Positions 53,912 through 63,690 are shown, numbered from the stretch's first letter. The stretch is DNA of 64,000 nucleotides from a bacterium (GCA_021813125.1 JAKALT010000004.1:7941-71940), one strand, 5' to 3'. Notes: generated by a model not told the origin, from the letters alone. Translations and numbers: made by a program.

Positions 53912-56350
53912 ATGAAATTGGCAATCGGGGCAAAGTTTCTTGTTGGAATTTTTGCAATATTTACCCTACTTTCATTAGTTTTATTCTGGCCGATATTTTT
54001 GGGAAAAGTTAATTTAAACGGCAATTTACTGGTTTCGTTTTACCCGTTTTTCGGCCAAAATCTGCCTTATAAAAATATAATAGGTTTAGATCAACTGAGG
54101 TTATATTTTCCGAATTATCCTTTAATTTTTGACCAGTTGAGGCATTTTGAAATTCCTTTGTGGAATCCTTACATTTTTGCAGGAAATTTAAATTTAGCCA
54201 GTTTGCAGAGCGCTGTATTTTATCCTCTTAACGTTTTCGGGTTACTACTTCCTATCTTTTGTTTCTGGCATTTGATGAGGGTGACGCCGATCATTTTGGG
54301 TGCGTTTTTTATGTTTTTGTATCTTTCGAATTTAAAGTTTTCTAAGGCAGCTTCTTTTTTTGGATCCATAGCTTTTGGTTTTAGCCCGTTTATTTTAACT
54401 TGGGGCGAGGAGCAGGTAATAACACCGCATTCGGTTATCTGGCTGCCTCTAATTTTGCTTTGTATCGATAAACTCGGAGGTTTTAACGCGACAAATGACT
54501 CATTTTTTAGGAAACTTTGTTTTTTGGTAATTAGCCTTTCGGTTGCTTTTTCTGTCTTTGCGGGTTTTGTGCAAACCACAATTTATGTTGTGGCGGTTTG
54601 TATGCTTTATGCCATTTTTAGGTTTTGGGAAGGCGGGCAAAAAGTTAAAACCCTGGCGGTTGTTTTAGGGGCTGTCTTGGTTGGAATTCTTGTATCTGCA
54701 ATCCAGCTTGTACCAACGGCCGAACTGTATTTTTTTTCGGCCAGATCGGTTGTGGCATCGCGGGATATTTTACATAAGTTTTTGCTGCCGCCCGAATCAC
54801 TTTTGAGTTACCTGGCACCTGATTTTTTCGGCAATCCGGCAACCTGGAATTTTTTCAGAAACGGCGTTTCAACCTATTACGAGAGCATAATGTTTGTGGG
54901 CACACCGGTTTTAATATTTGCGCTTTATGAGATTTGGGAAGGCAGGCGCGAGAGGTTTTCCAAGTTTTATTTTCTTTTAGGCTTTTTTGCTTTGGTGCTA
55001 ACGTTAGATAGCCCAATTGCGAGGCTGTTTCTGCTTTTGCCGGTTCCGGTGCTTTCAACATCGATTGCCAACAGGCTGCTTTTTATAACCACATTTAGCT
55101 TGGCGGTTTTGGGATCAATGGGGATGGAAAGGTGGTTTCGGGCAAAAGACAAAAAGATTTTAAAGTATGTTTTTGTGGTTTTAATATTTTACCTTGCAAC
55201 TTTTGCTTACCTTTTGGGAGTTAGATTTTTGGGGTTTGCCTACTTTATTTCCGGGGCAATGGGCCAGAACATAACTTACAAGATAAGCGTTAGAAATTTG
55301 GTTGTTCCGTTTGCATTCTTTCTGGCTAGCTCTATATTGGTGACTTTTGCCTTTTTTGTTAAACAGGTAAGGATAAGGATTTGGGTTGGTTTGGTTTTGA
55401 CGGTTTTTTTGTATGTTCAACTTTTTCTTTTTGCTTCAAAATATTTTTCATTTACCGATGCCGGCAATGTATTTCCCTTGAATCCGGTTTTATCTTATAT
55501 TCAAAGAAATCAGGGCTATTTCCGCTCTTGGGGGATAGGCAAGGTTTACCTTGAAAATAATTTTGCAACCCAGTACCGTATATTTTCCCCGGAAGGTTAC
55601 GATTCTTTAAACATCCTTTCTTACGCTGAATTTACCCAGGCAATGCAAAACGGGGGAATGGGAGATGTCAGTTTCCGGGCAGATGCGGGTTTGGGAAGAG
55701 GCGATACGGATAAGTTGCTGGCAAATACCAACCGGAGGAAACTGATTGATTTTGTAGGAGTCAAATATGTTGTTGCCAATCAGGATGATTTTGAAATGAT
55801 GGATAAAAATAACTTCAAGAGAGTTTTTGAAAGCGGTAATTTGGGTGTTTTTGAAAATAACGAGGTTTTGCCAAGAGTGTTTTTGGCCTCAAATTACGAA
55901 GGGCCGCCGGAGGTGGATCCGACTAACAAGACGACCGATGTAATAAACGCCGAAAGAAGAAAACTGATTCCCGAAAAGCTTTTGTCTTCGGATTTTGACT
56001 TTAGAAACGTTTTGGTTTTGGAAAAACCGTCACCAGTCTCGGCCCAATATGGTCCCGGCTCTGCCGAGATAATAAGCTACCGGCCACAGGAAGTAATTGT
56101 CAAAACCGAGTCGGATGAGCCGAAGCTTTTGTTTCTTTCGGACAATTACTATCCGGGTTGGAAGGCTAAAGTTGACGGTAACGAAGTGGAAATATTACGG
56201 GCGGACTACACTTTCAGGGCGGTGCCCTTAGTGCCGGGGGTGCATACAGTAAGGTTTTATTTTGATAGTGATTCTTTTAGGCTTGGAGCAATAATTTCTT
56301 TGGCAAGTTTAATTTTTATGGGAGGATTCTTATACATTAGAAGGATTTAA
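53912..56350 (+). CDS. Large polytopic membrane protein (YfhO-like / GT-C-like) with a C-terminal extracytoplasmic domain
   Basis: 812 aa with at least twelve TM helices followed by about 250 aa of soluble C-terminal domain. Confidence 0.4.
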   Translation: MKLAIGAKFLVGIFAIFTLLSLVLFWPIFLGKVNLNGNLLVSFYPFFGQNLPYKNIIGLDQLRLYFPNYPLIFDQLRHFEIPLWNPYIFAGNLNLASLQSAVFYPLNVFGLLLPIFCFWHLMRVTPIILGAFFMFLYLSNLKFSKAASFFGSIAFGFSPFILTWGEEQVITPHSVIWLPLILLCIDKLGGFNATNDSFFRKLCFLVISLSVAFSVFAGFVQTTIYVVAVCMLYAIFRFWEGGQKVKTLAVVLGAVLVGILVSAIQLVPTAELYFFSARSVVASRDILHKFLLPPESLLSYLAPDFFGNPATWNFFRNGVSTYYESIMFVGTPVLIFALYEIWEGRRERFSKFYFLLGFFALVLTLDSPIARLFLLLPVPVLSTSIANRLLFITTFSLAVLGSMGMERWFRAKDKKILKYVFVVLIFYLATFAYLLGVRFLGFAYFISGAMGQNITYKISVRNLVVPFAFFLASSILVTFAFFVKQVRIRIWVGLVLTVFLYVQLFLFASKYFSFTDAGNVFPLNPVLSYIQRNQGYFRSWGIGKVYLENNFATQYRIFSPEGYDSLNILSYAEFTQAMQNGGMGDVSFRADAGLGRGDTDKLLANTNRRKLIDFVGVKYVVANQDDFEMMDKNNFKRVFESGNLGVFENNEVLPRVFLASNYEGPPEVDPTNKTTDVINAERRKLIPEKLLSSDFDFRNVLVLEKPSPVSAQYGPGSAEIISYRPQEVIVKTESDEPKLLFLSDNYYPGWKAKVDGNEVEILRADYTFRAVPLVPGVHTVRFYFDSDSFRLGAIISLASLIFMGGFLYIRRI

Positions 56351-56379
56351 TAAGAAAGCTTATTATTCGAGGACTCGCT

Positions 56380-57966
56380 ATGAAAAAGATCAATTGGTTT
56401 CTGGTTCTAATTTTTCTTCTGGCATTTGTGCTTCGTGTTTACATGCTAAACACGATTCCTGCTGGTTTCCAAAGTGATGGGATCGATGTAGGTTATGTTG
56501 GGAAATTTCTTGTTTTGAACGGTCGGGATACTGCAGGCAATGTTTTGCCGCTTGCTTTCAATAAATTTGGTGATTTCCGGCCAACAGGCCTTTTTTATCT
56601 TTCAGGGCTTGTACAGTTGGTTTTAGGGTCCAGCGTTTTTGCTGTCGGACTTGTAACTGCCTTTTTTGGAGCGGCTTCGGTTTTTGTCGTATTTGCATTT
56701 GCAGGCGAGCTTTTTAAAAAGCGGCAAATCGCTTATTTTTCAAGTCTGTTTTTGGCAGTTTTGCCGTGGGATATTGTGTTATCCCGTGCAACACATGAGG
56801 CTATCGTCGGCTACTTTTTTACGATTTTGGGTTTTTACTGCCTTTTGAAGTTTACCTACGATGAAAAAAGGAAAAAGTATCTTATATATGGCGCATTGCT
56901 GCTTCTGGTTTCATACCTTTTTTACCATGGTTTAAGGACTTTAACGCCGCTTTTGCTTTTAGCATTTTGGGTGTTTTACAGAAGCCGCGATTTGGCGAAA
57001 TTAACTATTTTGTTTTTCATTTTGACTTTTTTGATAGTTATTTCCCCTTACGGCGGCGGCAGGTTAGGGCAGATTGTATTTTACAAAAGTCCCGGCGCTT
57101 CCCAAAAGTTGCAGGAGCTTCCGTACGCCGACAGCAGCGTTAAAATGGCTAGAATCTTCCACAATAAAGCAGTTGTTTACAGCCGAGATCTGGTTTCAAC
57201 CTGGGTTGAGCATTTTTCTCCGAGTTTCCTCCTGCTGAAAGGGGGTTATCCCGAAAGATACATGGTGCCGGAGGCGGGGCTTGCCTATTTCACTTTGATT
57301 TTGGTAGTAATTGCAGGTCTTGTCTATATTGCCAAAAAGCCCCGCGAAGTAGGTCTTATCGCTGCCTGGCTTTTAGTTTCCCCGGTGCAGGCGGCGTTAA
57401 CTTACGAGGATATTCCTTCTGTAACCCGCGCTTCGTTTATGATTTTTCCCCTGGTAATTTTAGGCGGAGTTGGTTTGTGGTGGATCCTTGAGCTTTTAAA
57501 AAAACCTTTATGGAGGAGAATGTTCTTGGCAATATTTTTTCTTCTGATGACTTTGGAGATTATCTATTTTATGCACCAGTATCTTGTACACCAGAAGGGT
57601 TATAAAGGTTTTTTTAGGGGGGAGGGCAATACGGAGATCAGCCGCTATATTATTGCCAACCAGAAGAATTATGATTTGATTTTGGCCCCTTTTGAGGACA
57701 ACATGCCTTTTTACTTTCTGTTTTTTGGAAACCATTTCGAAAGGAACATAAGAGTTGATATTGTCGATAGTTCTTCCGGATTTAGCTACCAAAACGTTAA
57801 ATATTTGAGGATCAGTTGCTCTTCGCAAGAAGCTTCCAAGTATTTGGGTCAAAAGGTGTTTTATATTGATGAGCCGAGCTGTGAGGAGAGACCAAATCTT
57901 AAGGAGATATACAGGGTTAAAAGAACCGATTTGACAGACGCCTGGGTAGCGAGGGCGGCAAAGTAA
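56380..57966 (+). CDS. GT-C family glycosyltransferase (ArnT/PMT-like)
   Basis: The N-terminus FVLRVYMLNTIPAGFQSDGIDVGYVG...NVLPLAFNKFGDFRPTGLFYLSG is typical of GT39/GT83 enzymes. The protein is polytopic. Confidence 0.5.
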   Translation: MKKINWFLVLIFLLAFVLRVYMLNTIPAGFQSDGIDVGYVGKFLVLNGRDTAGNVLPLAFNKFGDFRPTGLFYLSGLVQLVLGSSVFAVGLVTAFFGAASVFVVFAFAGELFKKRQIAYFSSLFLAVLPWDIVLSRATHEAIVGYFFTILGFYCLLKFTYDEKRKKYLIYGALLLLVSYLFYHGLRTLTPLLLLAFWVFYRSRDLAKLTILFFILTFLIVISPYGGGRLGQIVFYKSPGASQKLQELPYADSSVKMARIFHNKAVVYSRDLVSTWVEHFSPSFLLLKGGYPERYMVPEAGLAYFTLILVVIAGLVYIAKKPREVGLIAAWLLVSPVQAALTYEDIPSVTRASFMIFPLVILGGVGLWWILELLKKPLWRRMFLAIFFLLMTLEIIYFMHQYLVHQKGYKGFFRGEGNTEISRYIIANQKNYDLILAPFEDNMPFYFLFFGNHFERNIRVDIVDSSSGFSYQNVKYLRISCSSQEASKYLGQKVFYIDEPSCEERPNLKEIYRVKRTDLTDAWVARAAK

Positions 57967-58701
57967 TTACTTCAGCTCAAAGTCCACTAGAAGGTTGATG
58001 GTTACATCGTTCTGGCCGGGCTGGATCTGGCTTTGTTTCATCATTAAATCTTCGCTTCCTACTGCCATCATAGGCATGGGGTAGGCGTAGTCGCCTTGTT
58101 CTTTTATCGACACCACTTTGCCAACAGATCTTCCGGAGGCCTGAGCCAACTCTTTGGCTTTGACCTTGGCATTATCAACCGCATTCTGGCGGGCCTGTGA
58201 TTTGGCGGCTTCGAGTTTGGTGTCGTCAACTGTCAGCTGAGGACCGTAAATGTTGGTTGCACCGTTTGAGGTTAAAGCCGCAGTAACCGCATCGGCATTT
58301 TTGAGATTACGGATGGTAATTTCCAGCGATGTTGAAAAAGAATTGGTGTTTGGCCTTGGCGGGATTGGGTACATCATAGGTTGGGCACCGTAGCTTTGGT
58401 TACCGGAGATATAGTTGGTTTTGATGTCTTTTTCGTCCAGTCCAAGCGTTTTGAGTTTGGAAACGACGGCGTCTACTTTTTTCTGGTTTTCGGCCCGGGC
58501 CTGATCCAGATTTTGATTATTAGACTGGATGTTGGCGGTTATTTTGGCAATCGAGGGGACTGCTTCTGCTTTTCCTTGAGCCGATACGGAAATTGTCTGG
58601 ACTGTTTTTGTTTGCCACGGTTTTACCCAAATAACCACAAGGGCGATTACCAAAACAACAATTGGCCAAAGAAGGGAAGCTGTTACTTTCGGGGGTTTCA
58701 C
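57967..58701 (-). CDS. SIMPL-domain (DUF541) periplasmic protein
   Basis: 244 aa with an N-terminal TM. The pattern SVSAQGKAEAVPSIAKITANIQSNNQNLDQARAENQKKVDAVVSKLKTLGLDEKDIKT is typical of the SIMPL family. Confidence 0.5.
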   Translation of the reverse strand: MKPPKVTASLLWPIVVLVIALVVIWVKPWQTKTVQTISVSAQGKAEAVPSIAKITANIQSNNQNLDQARAENQKKVDAVVSKLKTLGLDEKDIKTNYISGNQSYGAQPMMYPIPPRPNTNSFSTSLEITIRNLKNADAVTAALTSNGATNIYGPQLTVDDTKLEAAKSQARQNAVDNAKVKAKELAQASGRSVGKVVSIKEQGDYAYPMPMMAVGSEDLMMKQSQIQPGQNDVTINLLVDFELK

Positions 58702-59038
58702 ATTTTTTATTTTAGCAGATTATTGTAAAAGTTCACGTTTATGTCTAAAATTTGCAACATGAGGGCTGAGAGACCTTTAAGTGTATTGTCTGCTGTTGCC
58801 GCGATTGGAATTGCTATTTTACCGGCAGATAATGCGACTGCTCGCAAAACTCCAGGCGGGGAGACGATGATTTTACGTCAGGGTGTCATGCCGCCAGAAG
58901 ATAGGCTAAAGCCAAAACTTCCGGGAAAACTAAAACTTGAGCCAAAAACCACTTAATTGAAGCAGTGATTGCTTCATGTTAAAATCACATCTGCACTTTG
59001 ACAATCCGCGATAGCTCAATGGTAGAGCGTCCCGCTGT

Positions 59039-59554
59039 GAAGATTTATTTGGTATACTCAAGTGTGTATGCCAGATAAGAGAACTTATGCTGACCGCGCC
59101 GAATATTTAAAGCGAGCAGTTACAAAGCGAAGAAGAAAGCTTAAACAACTGGTTGTCGAATACAAAGGCGGTAAGTGCATTCTTTGTGGGTATAACAAAT
59201 CAATGTGGGTTCTCGAATTACACCATGTTGATAGCAGTACTAAAGAATTTAATATGTCTGTTAGGGGTTTAACTCGTTCTTGGGAAAAAATCAAAGCAGA
59301 AGCAGACAAATGTATTCTTGTATGTGCAAATTGTCACAGGGAAGTGCATGCAGGCATTACGCAGCTCCCGAAAGAAATTTTCGGGATGAAAAATCGGGCT
59401 AATTCGGGGAAACCCTGAAACGGGTAATCCCGAGCTAAATGCACGTTCATGTAAACTGAACGTACTAAATGTGTAGAGACTATATACCCGGGGCCTAAGT
59501 CAAAAGATATGGTCATGAGATAGTCCACTCCTTTTGGTAACAAGAGGGTTTGTG
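59039..59554 (+). mobile_element. Putative group I intron within the tRNA anticodon loop, carrying an HNH homing endonuclease ORF
   Basis: A 516-nt insertion separates two perfectly complementary tRNA halves. The 5' exon ends in U and the intron's final nucleotide is G, which are group I splice-site conventions. It contains a 118-aa HNH ORF. Confidence 0.45.
59062..59418 (+). CDS. HNH endonuclease (intron-encoded)
   Basis: CILCGYNKSMWVLELHHVDSSTKEFNMSVRGLTRSWEKIKAEADKCILVCANCHREVHAG contains the CxxC...HH...CxxCH HNH motif. Confidence 0.7.
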   Translation: MCMPDKRTYADRAEYLKRAVTKRRRKLKQLVVEYKGGKCILCGYNKSMWVLELHHVDSSTKEFNMSVRGLTRSWEKIKAEADKCILVCANCHREVHAGITQLPKEIFGMKNRANSGKP

Positions 59555-59603
59555 TAACGGGAGGGTTGTAGGTTCGAGTCCTACTCGCGGAGCAAATTTT
59601 TGT

Positions 59604-60707
59604 TTAAGCCTGTTTCAAAATGCTGATATACCTTGGGGTAATATAAATATATCTGTTTTTTCCAGTCTGTTTATGTTTCATGGTGATTTTCTCTTTTTCT
59701 AAATCTGATAAATATTTACGTGCTGTCATCGGGCTTACCCTGACAGCTTTTTCAAAATCTTTCTGTGTGAAATACACATTGGAGAAAAGATAATCGACCA
59801 GTTCTGAACTATATAAATAATTAAGATTATCCCTCATTACCTGTTTTGCTGAGTTAATTGCCCTCCTTATTTTTTCAAGAATCTCACAGGTATATTTTGC
59901 CTGTTCGGTAGTAGCACGGGTGATATACAGCACCCAGTCCCTCCAATTGTTATCAGAAGTAACCGCCCTTAATTTTTGATAGTATTCATCTCGATGTTCC
60001 AGGATATAGTGACTAATGAATAGCACAGGTACGGGCAATTTACGCTGTTTCATAAGATATAAAGGCATAAGCATTCTGCCGGTACGTCCATTACCATCAC
60101 TAAACGGGTGTATTGCTTCAAATTGATAATGCAGGATAGCCATTCGGGCAAACACCTCATGAATGGGAGCAGCCTCGTTGAAGTATTTTTCAAAATTGTG
60201 CAAAAAATCTCTAAGTCTGCTCTCGCCCTCGGGTGGGGTGTAATATATTTTTTTTGTCACTGGATTACTTAGTTGTGTGCCGGATAATGTTCGAATTCCT
60301 GATTTGGTAGGTTCAATTACCTTTTGCAGAGCGACATAATCATTAGTTGTTAAAAATCCGTTGGTTGATAGTTTGCTTGCACCATCCATTAATGCATTAG
60401 TGTAGTTTAAGGCTTCCTTTTCGGCGGGACTTAGTTCCCGTTCTTCCATTATTTTTGCATAGTACACACTATCGTTAGTTGTAACGATATTTTCTACTCC
60501 TGAACTTGATACTGCCTCTGGAACGAATAGAGGTGACAGTAAATCCAGGGTGTTTGAAATACTCCGACTGCTTAAAGTAAGCATTGTCTTTAATTGCGAT
60601 ATTGCGTCGCTTGCCTCTAATGTCGCCAATAGTAGCTCTTGATCTTTTAAATCCACTTTGGGTGGAAGTAGGGGCAAATCGTTATAAGGTTTGTTTACGT
60701 CATACAT
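59604..60707 (-). CDS. fic: Fic/DOC family protein
   Basis: Carries the Fic motif HPFSDGNGRTGR, with a C-terminal winged-helix-like region. Confidence 0.8.
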   Translation of the reverse strand: MYDVNKPYNDLPLLPPKVDLKDQELLLATLEASDAISQLKTMLTLSSRSISNTLDLLSPLFVPEAVSSSGVENIVTTNDSVYYAKIMEERELSPAEKEALNYTNALMDGASKLSTNGFLTTNDYVALQKVIEPTKSGIRTLSGTQLSNPVTKKIYYTPPEGESRLRDFLHNFEKYFNEAAPIHEVFARMAILHYQFEAIHPFSDGNGRTGRMLMPLYLMKQRKLPVPVLFISHYILEHRDEYYQKLRAVTSDNNWRDWVLYITRATTEQAKYTCEILEKIRRAINSAKQVMRDNLNYLYSSELVDYLFSNVYFTQKDFEKAVRVSPMTARKYLSDLEKEKITMKHKQTGKNRYIYITPRYISILKQA

Positions 60708-60822
60708 GCTAGTACTATATAAATATATGTGTATATTATAAAGTACTCAGCTCACTATGTCTAGAGAGTATAAAGTACTCGATACCCCGAGTTGGGCAAT
60801 AGAACTCTGATATACTTTTTGC

Positions 60823-61392
60823 ATGAATAACACATTTTATTTTCTAAGGCATGGAGAGACGAAAGTCGATAGAGATGTTCCTATCAGCAAGTGGGTGCTT
60901 TCGGAAAGAGGAGAAGCGCAAGCAAAACAACTTGCCCAAGAGGGCGTTTTTAAGGATGTTGACTTAATTTTTTCATCAACTGAGAAAAAAGCTTACCAAA
61001 CCGCTTTGCCAATTGCCGAAAGTTTAGGTAAAGAAGTAGCAAAGCTAGAAGAAATTGTTGAGCTTGATCGGGATAAAGGTAATTTTATGGAAGCTGAAGA
61101 ATATGAGAAGACAATTGAGGAATGCTTAAAGCATCAATCGGAATCAGTTAATAAATGGGAAACTGCTGTCCATGCTTTAGATAGGTTTTTAGATAAGATC
61201 GACGAGTTAGATAGAAAGTACGATAACAAGAAAATACTTGTGGTTGGGCATGGTTTTACTATCAATTTGTACTTTGCAAAGCTCTTGGGTGTTTTGGATA
61301 AAGTTTACGAAAGGCTAGAGACTAACGATTTTGCCGATTGGGGTATAGTGAAGAATCAGTTGGTGATGAAAGATATTACTGAGGCAGTTTAA
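60823..61392 (+). CDS. Histidine phosphatase family (phosphoglycerate mutase-like) protein
   Basis: The N-terminal motif FYFLRHGET is the RHG catalytic motif. A later segment reads VVGHGFTI. Confidence 0.65.
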   Translation: MNNTFYFLRHGETKVDRDVPISKWVLSERGEAQAKQLAQEGVFKDVDLIFSSTEKKAYQTALPIAESLGKEVAKLEEIVELDRDKGNFMEAEEYEKTIEECLKHQSESVNKWETAVHALDRFLDKIDELDRKYDNKKILVVGHGFTINLYFAKLLGVLDKVYERLETNDFADWGIVKNQLVMKDITEAV

Positions 61393-61850
61393 GCTGTATG
61401 AGTAGTAGTTGGAATAATTGGAGTAACTTTATCTGAAGGATTGAAAGGTTGTAAAATGCCATTTCTCATTAAAACCACTGTCTTTACTCCTTGTCTTCGA
61501 ATTCGAGATACCTCGATTGGGTCAAGACCAGAAGGTAATATTCCGTTGTTAGCTTCAAGTTCATAAACTTTTCCATCAGGATAAATGGTAGAAATGACCT
61601 GTTTGTTTGGCCCGAATTTAATATCTTGGCCATTAAGTTTGCCGGAACCGGTAATTATGCGGTAAGTGGAGATTGCAACAAGTCCGGTCCAACCCAATTT
61701 CCAGCCTTGTTTTACTAACTCGTCAGGTTGCTGGCCACTATAAGGTTCTGTGTGCACTGCCACTAAGCTGTTTGTGGAGAATTGGTAGGTCAGGAAATCA
61801 ACTTTGGCTTCAATTTCCACCTCTGGGTTATTTAATGCTTCTTTTGGCAT
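61389..61850 (-). CDS. Hypothetical protein
   Basis: 153-aa ORF with a 4-nt overlap with the upstream gene. No motif was recognised. Confidence 0.35.
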   Translation of the reverse strand: MPKEALNNPEVEIEAKVDFLTYQFSTNSLVAVHTEPYSGQQPDELVKQGWKLGWTGLVAISTYRIITGSGKLNGQDIKFGPNKQVISTIYPDGKVYELEANNGILPSGLDPIEVSRIRRQGVKTVVLMRNGILQPFNPSDKVTPIIPTTTHTA

Positions 61851-61994
61851 CTTTGCGTTGGTAAATATATATTATCTTATAGGCTTTGTCAAGCTTGATA
61901 GAGGTTTTTCGTCAGTGATACAAACACTACGGGTTTTTTCGGATTTTTTGCCCTTCGGTAAACTCAGGATAAACTTCTGATATAATCATAAATT

Positions 61995-62438
61995 ATGAAA
62001 GACACCAAAAATAAAAAGCTCAGGGGATTTTCGGACGAAGAACGGGCTGCGATGCAGCAACGCGCCAGGGAACTTGCAGCGGAGGCCAGGTCAAACAAGA
62101 ATAAAGCTCAAGGGGAAAGTGACGTTCTTGCTGCGATTGCCGCAATGTCGGAGCCGGACCGCAGCATTGCCAAACGGTTGCATGTGATCATTAAGAAGAC
62201 TGCCCCAGACCTTTCACCGAAAACCTGGTATGGATTTCCTGCATATGCTAAAGGAGATAAGGTAGTTTGTTTTTTCCAATTCGCAGGGAAGTTCAAAACC
62301 AGGTACGCAACACTTGGCTTCAATGATATTGCCAAACTCGACGATGGGAATATGTGGCCGGTTGCATTCGCGCTGAAGAAATTGACACCTGTCGAGGAGA
62401 AAAAAATCGTTGCGCTTGTTAAAAAAGCCGTGAGCTGA
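61995..62438 (+). CDS. DUF1801/YdhG-like small protein
   Basis: 147 aa. The segment [34 protein letters not shown] resembles DUF1801. Confidence 0.35.
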   Translation: MKDTKNKKLRGFSDEERAAMQQRARELAAEARSNKNKAQGESDVLAAIAAMSEPDRSIAKRLHVIIKKTAPDLSPKTWYGFPAYAKGDKVVCFFQFAGKFKTRYATLGFNDIAKLDDGNMWPVAFALKKLTPVEEKKIVALVKKAVS

Positions 62439-62496
62439 GAACACAAATTTTGCCCTATAGTTTGACTGTTTAGCTTTGATTTAATATAATCATCAA

Positions 62497-62979
62497 ATGA
62501 CTGAGCAAACAGGGGGACAGAACACCCATATAACCCAAGAACCTTCATCTAGAGAAATAGTAACTCGAACTCAATTTTCCGAACGCGCCCGCGGGCTTTT
62601 GCGAGAACCTTTAAAGGGTGTATTAGCAATAGTAGGACCGGATGGCAGAATAGTCCAGACAGAGATGTGGTATGACCTTCAAGAGGATGGTACGATTTTA
62701 ATGAACACAACTAAATTTAGGCGTAAATATGCGCATTTGCAACGAAATCCATCTGTGTCTTTATTGATATCTCGAGGTAATTATCAATATGTAACTATGA
62801 ATGGGGCAGTTACCTTAAATGACAATCCTGAAATTGCTCAACAAGATATAAGGTATCTAGCTGAACGCTATCTAGGCAAAGAAGAAGCAGATAAAATTAT
62901 GCAGGATGAATTCTCAAAGGAAGAAAGAGTCAGTATTGTGCTAACACCTACAAAAATAACAGAATACTTTTCTAGCTAG
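62497..62979 (+). CDS. Pyridoxamine 5'-phosphate oxidase-like FMN-binding split-barrel protein
   Basis: 160 aa. The segment LAIVGPDGRIVQTEMWYDLQEDGTILMNTTKFRRKYAHLQRNPSVSLLI is typical of the PNPOx-like fold. Confidence 0.5.
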   Translation: MTEQTGGQNTHITQEPSSREIVTRTQFSERARGLLREPLKGVLAIVGPDGRIVQTEMWYDLQEDGTILMNTTKFRRKYAHLQRNPSVSLLISRGNYQYVTMNGAVTLNDNPEIAQQDIRYLAERYLGKEEADKIMQDEFSKEERVSIVLTPTKITEYFSS

Positions 62980-63032
62980 GTAACATTCATGGCGGTAGAT
63001 TGGCCGCTTTGCAGTTTATTAATCTTTTTCGT

Positions 63033-63130
63033 TGTACTCTACTTTTAAAATTAAATTAGGTTTAACACCTGCTACTGCGGGCAAGAGGTGATTTAAGACT
63101 TGTTCGGCAGTCATGCGGTGAGCTGAGGGT
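63033..63130. repeat. Roughly 98-nt direct repeat, copy A (copy B at 63590-63690, about 80% identical)
   Basis: TTGTTGTACTCTACTTT...AGGTTTAACACCTGCTACTGCGGGCAAGAGGTGATTTAAGACTTGTTCGGCAGTCAT aligns with TTGTTGTAATCTACTTT...AGGTTTAATGCCGGCAAGTGCAGGTAAAAGGTGATTTAGGACTTGTTCGGCAGTCAT. On the minus strand each copy encodes a short peptide (31 and 39 aa) beginning MTAEQVLNHLLPA. Confidence 0.5.
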
Positions 63131-63197
63131 TGAGTTTGCCACAGACAGCTATCTCAATTCAAAGTCGGACGATCGAACCTTTTGATATAATCCACTT

Positions 63198-63512
63198 ATG
63201 ACTGAAATTGGTGAAACTCCACCTCCACAATCTGAACAGCCAGGGCCTCAAAGTGATAGAGAACATCGATCCTCTAGTCTAGATTACATCAAGAAAGCAC
63301 AAAACGCAGTTAGGATGAACGAAATGGCAAATCGGGAATTAAAAAGAGTTTTGCGTGATCAGGGGATGACCGAAGGAGAAATAGAAAAGGCAACAAGCCC
63401 CGTAACTCAAGAAAAACAACAACAATTTGCGGAACATGTAATAAAATCGCGAAAGAGTTTGTTAAACCGTGGATTGTTGGGGAAATTTTTTGGTTGGCTA
63501 GAGGGGGACTAA
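63198..63512 (+). CDS. Hypothetical small charged protein
   Basis: 104-aa ORF. Confidence 0.3.
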   Translation: MTEIGETPPPQSEQPGPQSDREHRSSSLDYIKKAQNAVRMNEMANRELKRVLRDQGMTEGEIEKATSPVTQEKQQQFAEHVIKSRKSLLNRGLLGKFFGWLEGD

Positions 63513-63589
63513 GCTACTGAATAATTTTTGACTTCACTCGTGATGTGGCGCTTATCATTTTCTGTATTGCTTTAGTTCCAAATCTTCTT

Positions 63590-63690
63590 TGTTGTAATCT
63601 ACTTTGACTGTGAGATTAGGTTTAATGCCGGCAAGTGCAGGTAAAAGGTGATTTAGGACTTGTTCGGCAGTCATCCGGAAAGTTTTGCCG
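63590..63690. repeat. Roughly 98-nt direct repeat, copy B
   Basis: See copy A. Confidence 0.5.

Larger units (their letters stand above)
59005..59592 (+). tRNA. Intron-containing tRNA, most likely tRNA-Asn(GTT). Exon 1 is 59005-59038 and exon 2 is 59555-59592, with a roughly 516-nt group-I-like intron in the anticodon loop.
   Basis: The 5' half TCCGCGATAGCTCAATGGTAGAGCGTCCCG-CTGT joins the 3' half TAA-CGGGAGGGTTGTAGGTTCGAGTCCTACTCGCGGAG. The acceptor stem is TCCGCGA/TCGCGGA and the anticodon stem is TCCCG/CGGGA. The spliced loop CTGTTAA gives anticodon GTT with discriminator G. Exon 1 ends in U and the intron ends in G. An alternative splice after U33 would give Thr(TGT). Confidence 0.5.

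Noticed and set aside
58741-58956. 71-aa ORF upstream of the intron-containing tRNA
   Set aside because: No RBS context or domain features were found. It is probably a non-coding promoter/leader region for the tRNA.
59005-59040. Reading the tRNA 5' half as an unsplit tRNA-His (loop CTGTGAA, anticodon GTG)
   Set aside because: The matching 3' anticodon-stem strand (CGGGA) lies only at 59558-59562, after the 516-nt insertion. The 5' half lacks the His G-1 feature, and the discriminator is G rather than C. The split-gene interpretation fits better.
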